A DNA stretch of 26,344 bases from Planctomycetota bacterium (GTDB lineage: Bacteria > Planctomycetota > UBA11346), in NCBI GenBank assembly GCA_041641915.1, contig JBEPXK010000001.1, positions 1 to 26,344 of the forward strand. The letters run 5' to 3'. Both the position numbers and the translations under genes were made by a program. Of this stretch, positions 24,701-26,344 are shown piece by piece (positions within the stretch are counted from its first letter, which is position 1; every line of letters starts with the position of its first letter). The notes under the pieces are model-generated. The model ran no database searches. It worked only from the letters and a program-made list of their open reading frames with translations, and was not told where the DNA came from.

Positions 24701-25488
24701 CGCACGCCGGGCGGCACCTCTTCCGGACGCGCAGCGGCGGCGAGCCCCCAGTCCATCAGATAGACCTCACCGAAATCACCGAGCATGATATTACTCGGTT
24801 TCAGATCACGGTGGATCACCCCCCGCGAATGGGCGAAGGCCACGGCGTTGCTGACCGCCAACAGGATCTCGAGGTTCTCGCTGATCGGGCGCCGGGCGAA
24901 ATCCAGCGACCACGGCCGGCCAGCGACCCGCTTCATCGCGTAGTAGAGGTCTCCCCCGGGGCTGTGGCCCAGATCGTAGAGCGGCGGGATGTTCGGGTGC
25001 TCGAGGTCGGCCGTGACCGCAGCCTCGCCGAGGAAGGCCTCGCGGCTGGTGGTGCCCTCGCGCAGCTCTTCTTTGAGCACCTTGAGCGCCACGATCCGGT
25101 CACAGCTCGTCTGCCGCGCCGCCAGCACCACGCCCATGCCGCCGGCACCGAGCTGATCGAGCAACTCGTAGTGGTGGGTTGGCTCGCCGGAGTCCTCTGT
25201 ACCATCCCGGTCGCCAACCGGAGGCCCGAAACTCCCCTCCCGCGGGCGCACCGAAACCGTCCCCCCGGCGCTCGATCCGAGCGATCGTCGCTGGTGCCCG
25301 CCGAGGGTCACCGTGGCGTTCGTACAGCCTTTGGGGATCGCTTCGGCCCAGCCCGGTCCGACCGCCGTCGGCGCGACCGGCGGCCGCGACGCGGCGGCAC
25401 GAGTCGCCCCTTGTTGATCGATCGCATAGTCGCCCCGTTGCGGCGACGACGGGTCGGGTTTGTCGCAGTCGGGCTCAGCGGGCATCAT
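21778..25488 (-). CDS. Hanks-type Ser/Thr kinase with TM, TPR repeats and C-terminal CBM9-like (DOMON-like) domain
   Basis: LGAGGMGVV, VALKVL, HRDLKPSN, DWGLA, GTPAYMAPE; TM AAAILAAAVCVVVAVAFF; TPR-like repeats (LGPDHR/LGAGHP/LGPDHH); APVIDGRDDDAVW...DDAVEV...WVMEWSVPWRALG. Start 25488 or 25485. Confidence 0.9.
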   Translation of the reverse strand: MMPAEPDCDKPDPSSPQRGDYAIDQQGATRAAASRPPVAPTAVGPGWAEAIPKGCTNATVTLGGHQRRSLGSSAGGTVSVRPREGSFGPPVGDRDGTEDSGEPTHHYELLDQLGAGGMGVVLAARQTSCDRIVALKVLKEELREGTTSREAFLGEAAVTADLEHPNIPPLYDLGHSPGGDLYYAMKRVAGRPWSLDFARRPISENLEILLAVSNAVAFAHSRGVIHRDLKPSNIMLGDFGEVYLMDWGLAAAARPEEVPPGVRPKAVALTQKNVTGGTPAYMAPEMAQADIARIGVRSDVYLLGAILFEIVTGQRPHRGSSVMECLAKAASNAIVPVDADGELIRIAYRAMATDPADRYADARAFAAAIRDYQAHAESLVLTDEAEAHAKTARSDGRYEDYARALFAYEEAVALWQENQRARAGMSVLRVAYARSAFTHGDLELAQSLLNEEGEDQADFRAEVGAALRQREIHARRLRLMTRAAAILAAAVCVVVAVAFFRIQHERALALAARDEARAQRDKAAVAEAVARTESANVKVINAFLQDMLESADPARMGLDVSVLEVLEAASARAQRTVAHSPELQQQLHLTLGSTFAALSRFEQAQEHLERALAADSAGSGAFDLLVRQRLGALKLQQFHLREAEELLAAVLVEQLARLGPAQGEVITTRRLLVQTAIEAGRLVQAGPALAQLHEAAAAVADLPFDERVAIDLLRGRWLYLTGQRKRAAAVHREARALCERELGPHHPQTMDCRLRAIEHLHEAGEHALVLEELEGFCREQAAHAGEQDVMLLAARVLRGRAYYWRGAFARAEKELRAVRTASLQQLGPDHRIAIDCAIALAAVLDDDAALDLVNETRVRCERMLGAGHPLTIECLVRAGKVHYGRGRLDAAVAAFDTAIDRGSRTLGPDHHEVLVARAYRAQCVGQTRELEQAVEELRELEQRIHTRTGDDHPPRILALSMLADLEWRRGHLAQMLGLLAEATQLARRRFSPGQWLRHKLERRLEESLQLVRKLRRVNCAAIAADATAPVIDGRDDDAVWRHEHRFRAYDAWGLLDRDDYTHPPVDAWATLVADAQRLYGVVRCPVVGGEVPSCTVDTRDGAVWQDDAVEVRWQPQGVAAAVRLVVNAAGVVTDLRGEDPDFTLADVRVACGRDAAGWVMEWSVPWRALGFDERPAEGTTVPFDLIRYHRAEPVFVSRWQQLDPQRPALEQFGRLQVGKWTPDPALESWRKRRRQR

Positions 25489-25579
25489 GCTTTCCGGGGT
25501 GGTGAACTGGAGAGGTCTGCATGATGGCCTTCGCTGCGCACAGACAACACCTGCATCACGCGAGCCGCAACGAACTTGA

Positions 25580-25620
25580 GGCTTTCTTCAGAGGGGGCAG
25601 CGCCCCCTCTGAAGAAAGCC
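25580..25620. repeat. Intergenic palindrome, copy 2 (REP-like; perfect 19-bp stem)
   Basis: GGCTTTCTTCAGAGGGGGC-AGC-GCCCCCTCTGAAGAAAGCC; core shared with 5145-5169. Confidence 0.8.
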
Positions 25621-25685
25621 TCGTACATCATCGAACACTGCGATAATGCAAGCTGCCCAGGAACCGAAGCACCAGGCGTCGAGGC

Positions 25686-26344
25686 TCAGCCGTTGCTGTC
25701 CTGCTCGTGGTTCTCCCAGAAGGCATCCATGTCGGGCGCGAAGATGGTGATCTGCGGCGCGCCGACGTCGGTGATCAGCGCCGGCTGCTCGTCGGGCCCC
25801 GGAACATAGCCTCCGCCATTGGCCTGGACCTGGGTCCAGTAGGTGGCCGCCGCCGGGCTCAGATCAGCAGCGGGCATCTGGTCCAGGGCGACCCACATCA
25901 CGTCCTGGATATCCTCCCACGCGAGCCCGGCGCCATGATTCATCGCGTAGTTGACCAGATCCCAGCGCTTGCCCGCGTGGCGGTCGGGCAGTCCCGGCGC
26001 GAAGGGGTTGTAGACGGTCGCTGCGTAATCGTGGTTCTCCTTCATGGTCGCGTCCTTGTCGACGCACCAGGCAGGAAACACGCCGTTGCTCAGATCGCAA
26101 TCCGCCGGCACGTTGGAGAGGGTGTGATGCCAGTACGACGCCGGTCCCGGATGCTCGGTGTTGAGCGTGATCGGGCCATCAGGCAGATTGAACGGTGGCC
26201 ACCACGCCTTGGTGTCGTAGCTGGTGTACATGGTGAAGGTGCCGGGGAAGAAATGCTCCAGCGCCCACACGCCGGTCTGATTGGCCCCGGCCAGATTGAC
26301 GGTCGCGTAAACGGTGACCACCTTCTGCTCGGTGGCGTCGAAGT
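25686..26344 (-). CDS. 3' end of a larger protein (begins beyond the window) with a thioester-domain-like region
   Basis: Frame is open to the window edge (FDATEQK precedes the track's GTG 26321). Motifs FPAWCVD...WDLVNYAMNH...DIQDVMW. Confidence 0.7.
   Translation of the reverse strand, partial: FDATEQKVVTVYATVNLAGANQTGVWALEHFFPGTFTMYTSYDTKAWWPPFNLPDGPITLNTEHPGPASYWHHTLSNVPADCDLSNGVFPAWCVDKDATMKENHDYAATVYNPFAPGLPDRHAGKRWDLVNYAMNHGAGLAWEDIQDVMWVALDQMPAADLSPAAATYWTQVQANGGGYVPGPDEQPALITDVGAPQITIFAPDMDAFWENHEQDSNG

Noticed and set aside
7159-25524. Very long antisense ORFs (7159..9696, 10807..13422, 12905..14989, 15017..17521, 21922..25524 and others)
   Set aside because: They shadow well-supported genes on the opposite strand. 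In high-GC coding DNA the codons TTA/CTA/TCA are rare, so antisense frames stay open. Translations show no family motifs.
25521-25646. 41-aa His-rich plus-strand ORF with GGAGAGG RBS (MMAFAAHRQHLHHASRNELEAFFRGGSAPSEESLVHHRTLR), considered as an RRE precursor
   Set aside because: It runs through the palindrome, uses codons atypical for this window (AGA, CGA, GTA, ACA), is antisense to its neighbours and is 14 kb from the RRE gene. Would need Ribo-seq or conservation to revive.
1-26344. CRISPR array, transposase, phage or rRNA genes
   Set aside because: No regularly spaced repeats, no DDE/tyrosine/serine recombinase motifs and no rRNA-like sequence seen.

Overview
High-GC bacterial window; the Ser/Thr kinase style (DWG motif, TPR tail) and DUF6785-type membrane protein suggest Planctomycetota or a related PVC lineage (inference). 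Left part (1-4972) is mostly housekeeping. On the minus strand: a window-truncated MnmE-like gene, gluQ, a DUF1963/YwqG-like gene, tRNA-Arg(UCU) and hpf. On the plus strand: a carA-purE operon ending in a degenerate MtnA/eIF2B-like gene. The centre holds an orphan polytopic membrane gene (5204-7396, -) divergent from a tightly coupled seven-gene operon (about 7543-21756, +). That operon encodes: a DUF6785/DUF6784-like membrane protein with an EF-hand + GreA-C-like + LysM insert; a tandem PsbP-like protein; a PqqD/RRE protein; a MacB/FtsX-type permease; a 1917-aa degenerate M28-peptidase/FtsX fusion; an OPT-like transporter; and one LolD/MacB-type ATPase. This operon is the best candidate for an uncharacterised system: a peptide-handling envelope machine with an RRE but no RiPP enzyme or precursor visible in the window. 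The right end has a kinase-TM-TPR-CBM9-like receptor kinase and a window-truncated gene with Cys-Gln thioester-domain motifs. One 25-nt palindrome occurs twice, in inverted orientation (5145 and 25588). All family assignments are by-eye motif recognition; no database search was run.
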